Shown in pieces: positions 47,840 through 61,500 of a DNA stretch of 64,000 nt (position 1 is its first letter; each line of letters starts with the position of its first letter). The stretch comes from Eledone cirrhosa. Its lineage: Eukaryota. The stretch is taken from contig OZ024743.1 in NCBI GenBank assembly GCA_964016885.1, positions 210,304,001-210,368,000 of the forward strand, in the 5' to 3' direction. A program made the position numbers and the translations under genes. Under the pieces are notes generated by a model. It ran no database searches and was not told the DNA's origin. It saw only the letters and a list, made by a program, of their open reading frames with translations.

Positions 47840-50800
47840 TCCTATTGCCACACATGAAAGTTCTTCACTCGAAAAGATATACCACAGTTTACCATCCTAT
47901 AGCCACACATGAAAGCTCTTCACTCCATAAGATATACCACAGTTTACCATCCTATAGCCAGATGAAAGCTCTTCACTCCATAAGATATACGACAGTTTAC
48001 CATCCTATAGCCACACATGAAAGCTCTTCAATCCATAAGATATACCACAGTTTACCATCCTATAGCCAGATGAAAGCTCTTCACTCCATAAGATATACCA
48101 CAGTTTACCACCCTATAGCCACAGAAAAGCTCTTCACTCCATGAGATATACCATAGTTTACCCTCCTATAGCCACGCCACGGATGAAAGCTCTTCACTCC
48201 ATAAGATATACAACAGTTTACAATCCTATAGCCACAGATGAAAGCTCTTCACTCCATAAGATATACCACAGTTTACATTCCTATGGCCACAGATGAAAGC
48301 TCTTCACTCCATAAGATATACCACAGTTTACCATCCTATAGCCACAGATGAAAGCACTTCACTCCATAAGATATACCACAGTTTACCATCCTATAGCCAC
48401 ACATGAAAGCTCTTCACTCCATAAGATATACCACAGTTTACCATCCTATAGCCAGATGAAAGCTCTTCACTCCATAAGATATACCACAGTTTACCATCCT
48501 ATAGCCACAGATGAAAGCTCTTCACTCCATAAGATATACCACAGTTTACCATCCTATAGCCACAGATGAAAGCTCTTCACTCCATAAGATATACCACAGT
48601 TTACCATCCTATAGTCACACATGAAAGCTCTTCACTCCATAAGTTATAACACAGTTTACCATCCTATAGCCAGATGAAAGCTCTTCACTCCATAAGATAT
48701 ACCACAGTTTACCATCCTATAGCCACAGATGAAAGCTCTTCACTCCATAAGATATACCACAGTTTACCATCCTATAGCCACAGATGAAAGATCTTCACTC
48801 CATAAGATATACCACAGTTTACCATCCTATAGCCACACATGAAAGCTCTTCACTCCATAACATATACCACAGTTTACCATCCTATAGCCACACATTAAAG
48901 CTCTTTACTCCATAAGATATACCACAGTTAACCATCCTATAGCCACAGATGAACGCTCTTCATTCCAAAAGATATACCACAGTTTACCATCCTATATCCA
49001 CAGATAAAAGCTGTTCACTCCATAAGATATACCACAGTTTACCATCCTATAGCCAAACATGAAAGCTCTTCACTCCATAAGATATACCACAGTTTACCAT
49101 CCTATAGCCACAGATGAAAGCTGTTCACTCCATAAGATATACGACAGTTTACCATCCTATAGCCACAGATGAAAGCTGTTCACTCCATAAGATATACGAC
49201 AGTTTACCATCCTATAGCCAGATGAAAGCTATTCACTCAATAAGATATACCACAGATTACCATCCTATAGCCACAGATGGAAGCTGTTCACTCCATAAGA
49301 TATACCACAGTTTACCAACCTATAGCCAGATGAAAGCTCTTCACTCAATAAGATATACCACAGTTTACCATCCTATAGCCAGAGATGAAAGCTGTTCACT
49401 CCATAAGATATACCACAGTTTACCATCCTATAGCCAGATGAAAGCTCTTCACTCCATAAGATATACCACAGTTTACCATCCTATAGCCACAGATGAAAGC
49501 TCTTCACTCCATAAGATATACCACAGTTTACCATCCTATAGCCACAGATGAAAGCTGTTCACTTCATAAGATATACCACAGTTTACCATCCTATAGCCAC
49601 AGATGAAAGCTCTTCACTCCATAAGATATACCACAGTTTACCATCCTATAGCCACACATGAAAGCTCTTCACTCCATACGATATACCACAGTTTACCATC
49701 CTATAGCCACACATGAAAGCTCTTCACTCCATAAGATATACCACAGTTTACCATCCTATAGCCACACATGAAAGCTCTTCACTCCATAAGATATACCACA
49801 GTTTACCATCCTATAGCCACAGATGAAAGCTCTTCACTCCATAAGATATACCACAGTTTACCATCCTATAACCACAGATGAAAGCTCTTCACCTCATAAG
49901 ATATACCACAGTTTACCATCCTATAGCCACACATGAAAGCTCTTCACTCCATAAGATATACCACAGTTTACCATCCTATAGCCACACATGAAAGCTCTTG
50001 ACTCCATAAGATATACCACAGTTTACCATCCTATAGCCACACATGAAAGCTCTTCACGCCATAAGATATACCTCAGTTTACCATCCTATGGCCACAGATG
50101 AAAGCTCTTCACTCCATAAGATATACCACAGTTTACCATCCTATAGCCACAGATGAAAGCTCTTCACTCCATAAGATATACCACAGTTTACCATGATATA
50201 GCCACAGATGAAAGCTGTTTACTCCATAAGATATACCAGAGTTTACCATCCTATAGCCACACATGAAAGCTCTTCACTCCATAAGATATACCACAGTTTA
50301 CCTTCCTATAGCCACAGATGAGTGCTCTTCACCCCATAAGATATACCACAGTTTACCATCCTATAGCCACACATGAAAGCTCTTCACTCCATAAGATATA
50401 CCACAGTTTACCATCCTATAGCCACACATGAAAGCTCTTCACTCCATAAGATATACCACAGTTTACCATCCTATAGCCACAGATGAAAGCTCTTCACCCC
50501 ATAAGATATAACACAGTTTACCATCCTATAGCCACACATGAAAGCTCTTCACCCCATATGATATACTACAGTTTACCATCCTATTGCCACACATGAAAGC
50601 TCTTCACTCCATAAGATATACCACAGTTTACCATCCTATAGCCACACATGAAAGCTCATCACTCCATAAGATATACCACAATCTACCATCCTATAGCCAG
50701 ATGAAAGCACTTCACTCCATAAGATATACCACAGTTTACCATCCTATGGCCACAGATGAAAGCTCTTCACCCCATAAGATATACCTCAGTTTACCATCCT

Positions 50801-53800
50801 ATAGCCACAGATGAAAGCTCTTCACTCCATAAGATATACCACAGTTTACTATCCTATAGCCACACATGAGAGCTCTTCACTCCATAAGATATACCACAGT
50901 TTACCATCCTATGGCCACACATGAAAGCTCTTCACCCCATAAGATATACCACAGTTTACCATCCTATAGCCAGATGAAAGCTCTTCACTCCGTAAAATAT
51001 ACCACAGTTTACCATCCTATAGCCACACATGAAAGCTCTTCACTCCATAAGATATACCACTGTTTACCATCCTATGGCCACACATGAAAGCTCTTCACTC
51101 CATAAGATATACTACAGTTTACCATCCTATAGCCACACATGAAAGCTCTTCACTCCATAAAATATACAACAGTTTACCATCCTATAGCCACAGATGAATG
51201 CTCTTCACTCCATAAGATATACCACAGTTTACCATCCTATAGCCAGATGAAAGCTCTTCACTCCATAAGCTATACCACAGTTTACCATCCTATAGCCAGA
51301 TGAAAGCTCTTCACTCCATAAGATATACCACAGTTTACCACCCTATAGCCACAGAAAAGCTCTTCACTCCATGAGATATACCATAGTTTACCCTCCTATA
51401 GCCACGCCACGGATGAAAGCTCTTCACTCCATAAGATATACAACAGTTTACAATCCTATAGCCACAGATGAAAGCTCTTCACTCCATAAGATATACCACA
51501 GTTTACATTCCTATGGCCACAGATGAAAGCTCTTCACTCCATAAGATATACCACAGTCTACCATCCTATAGCCAGATGAAAGCACTTCACTCCATCAGAT
51601 ATACCACAGTTTACCATCCTATGGCCACAGATGAAAGCTCTTCACCCCATAAGATATACCTCAGTTTACCATCCTATAGCCACAGATGAAAGCTCTTCAC
51701 TCCATAAGATATACCACAGTTTACTATCCTATAGCCACACATGAGAGCTCTTCACTCCATAAGATATACCACAGTTTACCATCCTATGGCCACACATGAA
51801 AGCTCTTCACCCCATAAGATATACCACAGTTTCCCATCCTATAGCCAGATGAAAGCTCTTCACTCCGTAAAATATACCACAGTTTACCATCCTATAGCCA
51901 CACATGAAAGCTCTTCACTCCATAAGTTATACCACAGTTTACCATCCTATAGCCACATATGAAAGCTCTTTACTCCATAAGATATACCACAGTTTACCAT
52001 CCTATAGCCAGATGAAAGCTCTTCACTCAATAAGATATACCACAGTTTACCATCCTATAGCCAGAGATGAAAGCTGTTCACTCCATAAGATATACCACAG
52101 TTTACCATCCTATAGCCAGATGAAAGCTCTTCACTCCATAAGATATACCACAGTTTACCATCCTATAGCCACAGATGAAAGCTCTTCACTCCATAAGATA
52201 TACCACAGTTTACCATCCTATAGCCACAGATGAAAGCTGTTCACTCCATAAGATATACCACAGTTTACCATCCTATAGCCACAGATGAAAGCTCTTCACT
52301 CCATAAGATATACCACAGTTTACCATCCTATAGCCACACATGAAAGCTCTTCACTCCATACGATATACCACAGTTTACCATCCTATAGCCACACATGAAA
52401 GCTCTTCACTCCATAAGATATACCACAGTTTACCATCCTATAGCCACACATGAAAGCTCTTCACTCCATAAGATATACCACAGTTTACCATCCTATAGCC
52501 ACAGATGAAAGCTCTTCACTCCATGAGATATACCACAGTTTACCATCCTATAACCACAGATGAAAGCTCTTCACCTCATAAGATATACCACAGTTTACCA
52601 TCCTATAGCCACACATGAAAGCTCTTCACTCCATAAGATATACCACAGTTTACCATCCTATAGCCACACATGAAAGCTCTTGACTCCATAAGATATACCA
52701 CAGTTTACCATCCTATAGCCACACATGAAAGCTCTTCACGCCATAAGATATACCTCAGTTTACCATCCTATGGCCACAGATGAAAGCTCTTCACTCCATA
52801 AGATATACCACAGTTTACCATCCTATAGCCACAGATGAAAGCTCTTCACTCCATAAGATATACCACAGTTTACCATGATATAGCCACAGATGAAAGCTGT
52901 TTACTCCATAAGATATACCAGAGTTTACCATCCTATAGCCACACATGAAAGCTCTTCACTCCATAAGATATACCACAGTTTACCTTCCTATAGCCACAGA
53001 TGAGTGCTCTTCACCCCATAAGATATACCACAGTTTACCATCCTATAGACACACATGAAAGCTCTTCACTCCATAAGATATACCACAGTTTACCATCCTA
53101 TAGCCACACATGAAAGCTCTTCACTCCATAAGATATACCACAGTTTACCATCCTATAGCCACAGATGAAAGCTCTTCACCCCATAAGATATAACACAGTT
53201 TACCATCCTATAGCCACACATGAAAGCTCTTCACCCCATATGATATACTACAGTTTACCATCCTATTGCCACACATGAAAGCTCTTCACTCCATAAGATA
53301 TACCACAGTTTACCATCCTATAGCCACACATGAAAGCTCATCACTCCATAAGATATACCACAGTCTACCATCCTATAGCCAGATGAAAGCACTTCACTCC
53401 ATAAGATATACCACAGTTTACCATCCTATGGCCACAGATGAAAGCTCTTCACCCCATAAGATATACCTCAGTTTACCATCCTATAGCCACAGATGAAAGC
53501 TCTTCACTCCATAAGATATACCACAGTTTACTATCCTATAGCCACACATGAGAGCTCTTCACTCCATAAGATATACCACAGTTTACCATCCTATGGCCAC
53601 ACATGAAAGCTCTTCACCCCATAAGATATACCACAGTTTACCATCCTATAGCCAGATGAAAGCTCTTCACTCCGTAAAATATACCACAGTTTACCATCCT
53701 ATAGCCACACATGAAAGCTCTTCACTCCATAAGTTATACCACAGTTTACCATCCTATAGCCACATATGAAAGCTCTTTACTCCATAAGATATACCACAGT

Positions 53801-56800
53801 TTACCATCCTATAGCCACACATGAAAGCTCTTCACTCCATAAGATATACCACTGTTTACCATCCTATGGCCACACATGAAAGCTCTTCACTCCATAAGAT
53901 ATACTACAGTTTACCATCCTATAGCCACACATGAAAGCTCTTCACTCCATAAAATATACAACAGTTTACCATCCTATAGCAACAGATGAATGCTCTTCAC
54001 TCCATAAGATATACCACAGTTTACCATCCTATAGCCAGATGAAAGCTCTTCACTCCATAAGCTATACCACAGTTTACCATCCTATAGCCAGATGAAAGCT
54101 CTTCACTCCATAAGATATACCACAGTTTACCACCCTATAGCCACAGAAAAGCTCTTCACTCCATGAGATATACCATAGTTTACCCTCCTATAGCCACGCC
54201 ACGGATGAAAGCTCTTCACTCCATAAGATATACAACAGTTTACAATCCTATAGCCACAGATGAAAGCTCTTCACTCCATAAGATATACCACAGTTTACAT
54301 TCCTATGGCCACAGATGAAAGCTTTTCACTCCATAAGATATACCACAGTTTACCATCCTATAGCCACAGATGAAAGCTCTTCACTCCATAAGATATACCA
54401 CAGTTTACCATCCTATAGCCACACATGAAAGCTCTTCACTCCATAAGATATACCACAGTTTACCATCCTATAGCCACGCCATGGATGAAAGCTATTCACT
54501 CCATAAGATATACCACAGTTTACCATCCTATAGTCACACATGAAAGCTCTTCACTCCATAAGATATAACACAGTTTACCATCCTATAGCCAGATGAAAGC
54601 TCTTCACTCCATAAGATATACCACAGTTTACCATCCTATAGCCACAGATGAAAGCTCTTCACTCCATAAGATATACCACAGTTTACCATCCTATAGCCAC
54701 AGATGAAAGCTCTTCACTCCATAAGATATACCACAGTTTACCATCCTATAGCCACACATGAAAGCTCTTCACTCCATAACATATACCACAGTTTACCATC
54801 CTATAGCCACACATTAAAGCTCTTTACTCCATAAGATATACCACAGTTAACCATCCTATAGCCACAGATGAAAGCTCTTCACTCCAAAAGATATACCACA
54901 GTTTACCATCCTATATCCACAGATAAAAGCTGTTCACTCCATAAGATATACCACAGTTTACCATCCTATAGCCAAACATGAAAGCTCTTCACTCCATAAG
55001 ATATACCACAGTTTACCATCCTATAGCCACAGATGAAAGCTGTTCACTCCATAAGATATACGACAGTTTACCATCCTATAGCCACAGATGAAAGCTGTTC
55101 ACTCCATAAGATATACGACAGTTTACCATCCTATAGCCAGATGAAAGCTATTCACTCAATAAGATATACCACAGATTACCATCCTATAGCCACAGATGGA
55201 AGCTGTTCACTCCATAAGATATACCACAGTTTACCATCCTATAGCCAGATGAAAGCTCTTCACTCAATAAGATATACCACAGTTTACCATCCTATAGCCA
55301 GAGATGAAAGCTGTTCACTCCATAAGATATACCACAGTTTACCATCCTATAGCCAGATGAAAGCTCTTCACTCCATAAGATATACCACAGTTTACCATCC
55401 TATAGCCACAGATGAAAGCTCTTCACTCCATAAGATATACCACAGTTTACCATCCTATAGCCACAGATGAAAGCTGTTCACTCCATAAGATATACCACAG
55501 TTTACCATCCTATAGCCACAGATGAAAGCTCTTCACTCCATAAGATATACCACAGTTTACCATCCTATAGCCACACATGAAAGCTCTTCACTCCATACGA
55601 TATACCACAGTTTACCATCCTATAGCCACACATGAAAGCTCTTCACTCCATAAGATATACCACAGTTTACCATCCTATAGCCACACATGAAAGCTCTTCA
55701 CTCCATAAGATATACCACAGTTTACCATCCTATAGCCACAGATGAAAGCTCTTCACTCCATAAGATATACCACAGTTTACCATCCTATAACCACAGATGA
55801 AAGCTCTTCACCTCATAAGATATACCACAGTTTACCATCCTATAGCCACACATGAAAGCTCTTCACTCCATAAGATATACCACAGTTTACCATCCTATAG
55901 CCACACATGAAAGCTCTTGACTCCATAAGATATACCACAGTTTACCATCCTATAGCCACACATGAAAGCTCTTCACGCCATAAGATATACCTCAGTTTAC
56001 CATCCTATGGCCACAGATGAAAGCTCTTCACTCCATAAGATATACCACAGTTTACCATCCTATAGCCAGAGATGAAAGCTCTTCACTCCATAAGATATAC
56101 CACAGTTTACCATGATATAGCCACAGATGAAAGCTGTTTACTCCATAAGATATACCAGAGTTTACCATCCTATAGCCACACATGAAAGCTCTTCACTCCA
56201 TAAGATATACCACAGTTTACCTTCCTATAGCCACAGATGAGTGCTCTTCACCCCATAAGATATACCACAGTTTACCATCCTATAGCCACACATGAAAGCT
56301 CTTCACTCCATAAGATATACCACAGTTTACCATCCTATAGCCACACATGAAAGCTCTTCACTCCATAAGATATACCACAGTTTACCATCCTATAGCCACA
56401 GATGAAAGCTCTTCACCCCATAAGATATAACACAGTTTACCATCCTATAGCCACACATGAAAGCTCTTCACCCCATATGATATACTACAGTTTACCATCC
56501 TATTGCCACACATGAAAGCTCTTCACTCCATAAGATATACCACAGTTTACCATCCTATAGCCACACATGAAAGCTCATCACTCCATAAGATATACCACAG
56601 TCTACCATCCTATAGCCAGATGAAAGCACTTCACTCCATAAGATATACCACAGTTTACCATCCTATGGCCACAGATGAAAGCTCTTCACCCCATAAGATA
56701 TACCTCAGTTTACCATCCTATAGCCACAGATGAAAGCTCTTCACTCCATAAGATATACCACAGTTTACTATCCTATAGCCACACATGAGAGCTCTTCACT

Positions 56801-59800
56801 CCATAAGATATACCACAGTTTACCATCCTATGGCCACACATGAAAGCTCTTCACCCCATAAGATATACCACAGTTTACCATCCTATAGCCAGATGAAAGC
56901 TCTTCACTCCGTAAAATATACCACAGTTTACCATCCTATAGCCACACATGAAAGCTCTTCACTCCATAAGTTATACCACAGTTTACCATCCTATAGCCAC
57001 ATATGAAAGCTCTTTACTCCATAAGATATATCACAGTTTACCATCCTATAGCCACACATGAAAGCTCTTCACTCCATAAGATATACCACTGTTTACCATC
57101 CTATGGCCACACATGAAAGCTCTTCACTCCATAAGATATACTACAGTTTACCATCCTATAGCCACACATGAAAGCTCTTCACTCCATAAAATATACAACA
57201 GTTTACCATCCTATAGCCACAGATGAATGCTCTTCACTCCATAAGATATACCACAGTTTACCATCCTATAGCCAGATGAAAGCTCTTCAGTCCATAAGCT
57301 ATACCACAGTTTACCACCCTATAGCCACAGATGAAAGCTCTTCATTCCATGAGATATACCACAGTTTACAATCCTATAGCCACGCCACGGAAGAAAGCTC
57401 TTCACTCCATAAGATATACCACAGTTTACAATCCTATAGTCACAGATTAAAGCTCTTCACTCCATAAGATATACCACAGTCTAACATCCTATGGCCACAG
57501 ATGAAAGCTCTTCACTCCATAAGATATACCACAGTTTACCATCCTATAGCCACAGATGAAAGCTCTTCACTCCATAAGATATACCACAGTTTACCATCCT
57601 ATAGCCACACATGAAAGCTCTTCACTCCATAAGATATACCACAGTTTACCATCCTATAGTCACACATGAAAGCTCTTCACTCCATAAGATATACCACAGT
57701 TTACCATCCTATAGCCACAGTTGAAAGCTCTTCACTCCATAATATATACCACAGTTTACCATCCTATAGCCACAGATGACAGCTCTTCACTCCATAAGAT
57801 ATACCACAGTTTACCATCCTATAGCCACAGATGAAAGCTGTTCACTCCATAAGATATACCACAGTTTACCATCCTATAGCCACACATGAAAGCTCTTCAC
57901 TCTATAAGATATACCACAGTTTACCATCCTATCGCCACACATGAAAGCTCTTCACCCCATAAAATATACCACAGTTTACCATCCTATAGCCACACATGAA
58001 AGCTCTTCACTCCATAAGATATACCACAGTTTACCATCCTATAGCCACAGATGAAAGCGCTTCACCCCATAAGATATACCACAGTTTACCATCCTATAGC
58101 CACACATGAAAGCTCTTCACCCCATAAGATATACCACAGTTTACCATCCTATTGCCACACATGAAAGTTCTTCACTCGAAAAGATATACCACAGTTTACC
58201 ATCCTATAGCCACACATGAAAGCTCTTCACTCCATAAGATATACCACAGTTTACCATCCTATAGCCAGATGAAAGCTCTTCACTCCATAAGATATACGAC
58301 AGTTTACCATCCTATAGCCACACATGAAAGCTCTTCAATCCATAAGATATACCACAGTTTACCATCCTATAGCCAGATGAAAGCTCTTCACTCCATAAGA
58401 TATACCACAGTTTACCACCCTATAGCCACAGAAAAGCTCTTCACTCCATGAGATATACCATATTTTACCCTCCTATAGCCACGCCACGGATGAAAGCTCT
58501 TCACTCCATAAGATATACAACAGTTTACAATCCTATAGCCACAGATGAAAGCTCTTCACTCCATAAGATATACCACAGTTTACATTCCTATGGCCACAGA
58601 TGAAAGCTCTTCACTCCATAAGATATACCACAGTTTACCATCCTATAGCCACAGATGAAAGCTCTTCACTCCATAAGATATACCACAGTTTACCATCCTA
58701 TAGCCACACATGAAAGCTCTTCACTCCATAAGATATACCACAGTTTACCATCCTATAGCCACGCCATGGATGAAAGCTATTCACTCCATAAGATATACCA
58801 CAGTTTACCATCCTATAGCCACAGATGAAAGCTCTTCACTCCATAAGATATACCACAGTTTACCATCCTATAGCCACAGATGAAAGCTCTTCACTCCATA
58901 AGATATACCACAGTTTACCATCCTATAGCTACAGATGAAAGCTGTTCACTCCATAAGATATACCACAGTTTACCATCCTATAGCCACACATGAAAGCTCT
59001 TCACTCCATAACATATACCACAGTTTACCATCCTATAGCCACACATTAAAGCTCTTTACTCCATAAGATATACCACAGTTAGCCATCCTATAGCCACAGA
59101 TGAAAGCTCTTCACTCCAAAAGATATACCACAGTTTACCATCCTATATCCACAGATAAAAGCTGTTCACTCCATAAGATATACCACAGTTTACCATCCTA
59201 TAGCCAAACATGAAAGCTCTTCACTCCATAAGATATACCACAGTTTACCATCCTATAGCCACAGATGAAAGCTGTTCACTCCATAAGATATACGACAGTT
59301 TACCATCCTATAGCCACAGATGAAAGCTGTTCACTCCATAAGATATACGACAGTTTACCATCCTATAGCCAGATGAAAGCTATTCACTCAATAAGATATA
59401 CCACAGATTACCATCCTATAGCCACAGATGGAAGCTGTTCACTCCATAAGATATACCACAGTTTACCATCCTATAGCCAGATGAAAGCTCTTCACTCAAT
59501 AAGATATACCACAGTTTACCATCCTATAGCCACAGATGAAAGCTGTTCACTCCATAAGATATACCACAGTTTACCATCCTATAGCCAGATGAAAGCTCTT
59601 CACTCCATAAGATATACCACAGTTTACCATCCTATAGCCACAGATGAAAGCTCTTCACTCCATAAGATATACCACAGTTTACCATCCTATAGCCACAGAT
59701 GAAAGCTGTTCACTCCATAAGATATACCACAGTTTACCATCCTATAGCCACAGATGAAAGCTCTTCACTCCATAAGATATACCACAGTTTACCATCCTAT

Positions 59801-61500
59801 AGCCACACGTGAAAGATCTTCACTCCATACGATATACCACAGTTTACCATCCTATAGCCACACATGAAAGCTCTTCACTCCATAAGATATACCACAGTTT
59901 ACCATCCTATAGCCACACATGAAAGCTCTTCACTCCATAAGATATACCACAGTTTACCATCCTATAGCCACAGATGAAAGCTCTTCACTCCATAAGATAT
60001 ACCACAGTTTACCATCCTATAACCACAGATGAAAGCTCTTCACCCCATAAGATATACCACAGTTTACCATCCTATAGCCACACATGAAAGCTCTTCACTC
60101 CATAAGATATACCACAGTTTACCATCCTATAGCCACACATGAAAGCTCTTGACTCCATAAGATATACCACAGTTTACCATCCTATAGCCACACATGAAAG
60201 CTCTTCACGCCATAAGATATACCTCAGTTTACCATCCTATAGCCACAGATGAAAGCTCTTCACTCCATAAGATATACCACAGTTTACCATCGTATAGCCA
60301 CAGATGAAAGCTCTTCACTCCATAAGATATACCACAGTTTACCATGATATAGCCACAGATGAAAGCTGTTTACTCCATAAGATATACCAGAGTTTACCAT
60401 CCTATAGCCACACATGAAAGCTCTTCACTCCATAAGATATACCACAGTTTACCTTCCTATAGCCACACATGAAAGCTCTTCACCCCATATGATATACTAC
60501 AGTTTACCATCCTATTGCCACACATGAAAGCTCTTCACTCCATAAGATATACCACAGTTTACCATCCTATAGCCACACATGAAAGCTCTTCACTCCATAA
60601 GATATACCACAGTCTACCATCCTATAGCCAGATGAAAGCACTTCACTCCATAAGATATACCACAGTTTACCATCCTATGGCCACAGATGAAAGCTCTTCA
60701 CCCCATAAGATATACCTCAGTTTACCATCCTATAGCCACAGATGAAAGCTCTTCACTCCATAAGATATACCACAGTTTACTATCCTATAGCCACACATGA
60801 GAGCTCTTCACTCCATAAGATATACCACAGTTTACCATCCTATGGCCACACATGAAAGCTCTTCACCCCATAAGATATACCACAGTTTACCATCCTATAG
60901 CCAGATGAAAGCTCTTCACTCCGTAAAATATACCACAGTTTACCATCCTATAGCCACACATGAAAGCTCTTCACTCCATAAGTTATACCACAGTTTACCA
61001 TCCTATAGCCACATATGAAAGCTCTTCACTCCATAAGATATACCACAGTTTACCATCCTATAGCCACACATGAAAGCTCTTCACTCCATAAGATATACCA
61101 CTGTTTACCATCCTATGGCCACACATGAAATCTCTTCACTCCATAAGATATACTACAGTTTACCATCCTATAGCCACACATGAAAGCTCTTCACTCCATA
61201 AAATATACAACAGTTTACCATCCTATAGCCACAGATGAAAGCTCTTCACTCCATAAGATATACCACAGTTTACCATCCTATAGCCAGATGAAAGCTCTTC
61301 ACTCCATAAGCTATACCACAGTTTACCACCCTATAGCCACAGATGAAAGCTCTTCACTCCATGAGATATACCACAGTTTACAATCCTATAGCCACGCCAC
61401 GGAAGAAAGCTCTTCACTCCATAAGATATACCACAGTTTACAATCCTATAGTCACAGATGAAAGCTCTTCACTCCATAAGATATACCACAGTTTAACATA
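47840..61500. repeat. Mosaic higher-order repeat domain with four related ~2.7-4.2 kb units
   Basis: A shared core (CATGATATAG, GCTGTTTACT, CCCCATATGATATACTAC) recurs four times, with ORF starts 50584/53266/56503/60515 (offsets 2682, 3237, 4012). Other segments recur at 49114/55033/59265 and 47845/58152. Confidence 0.85.
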
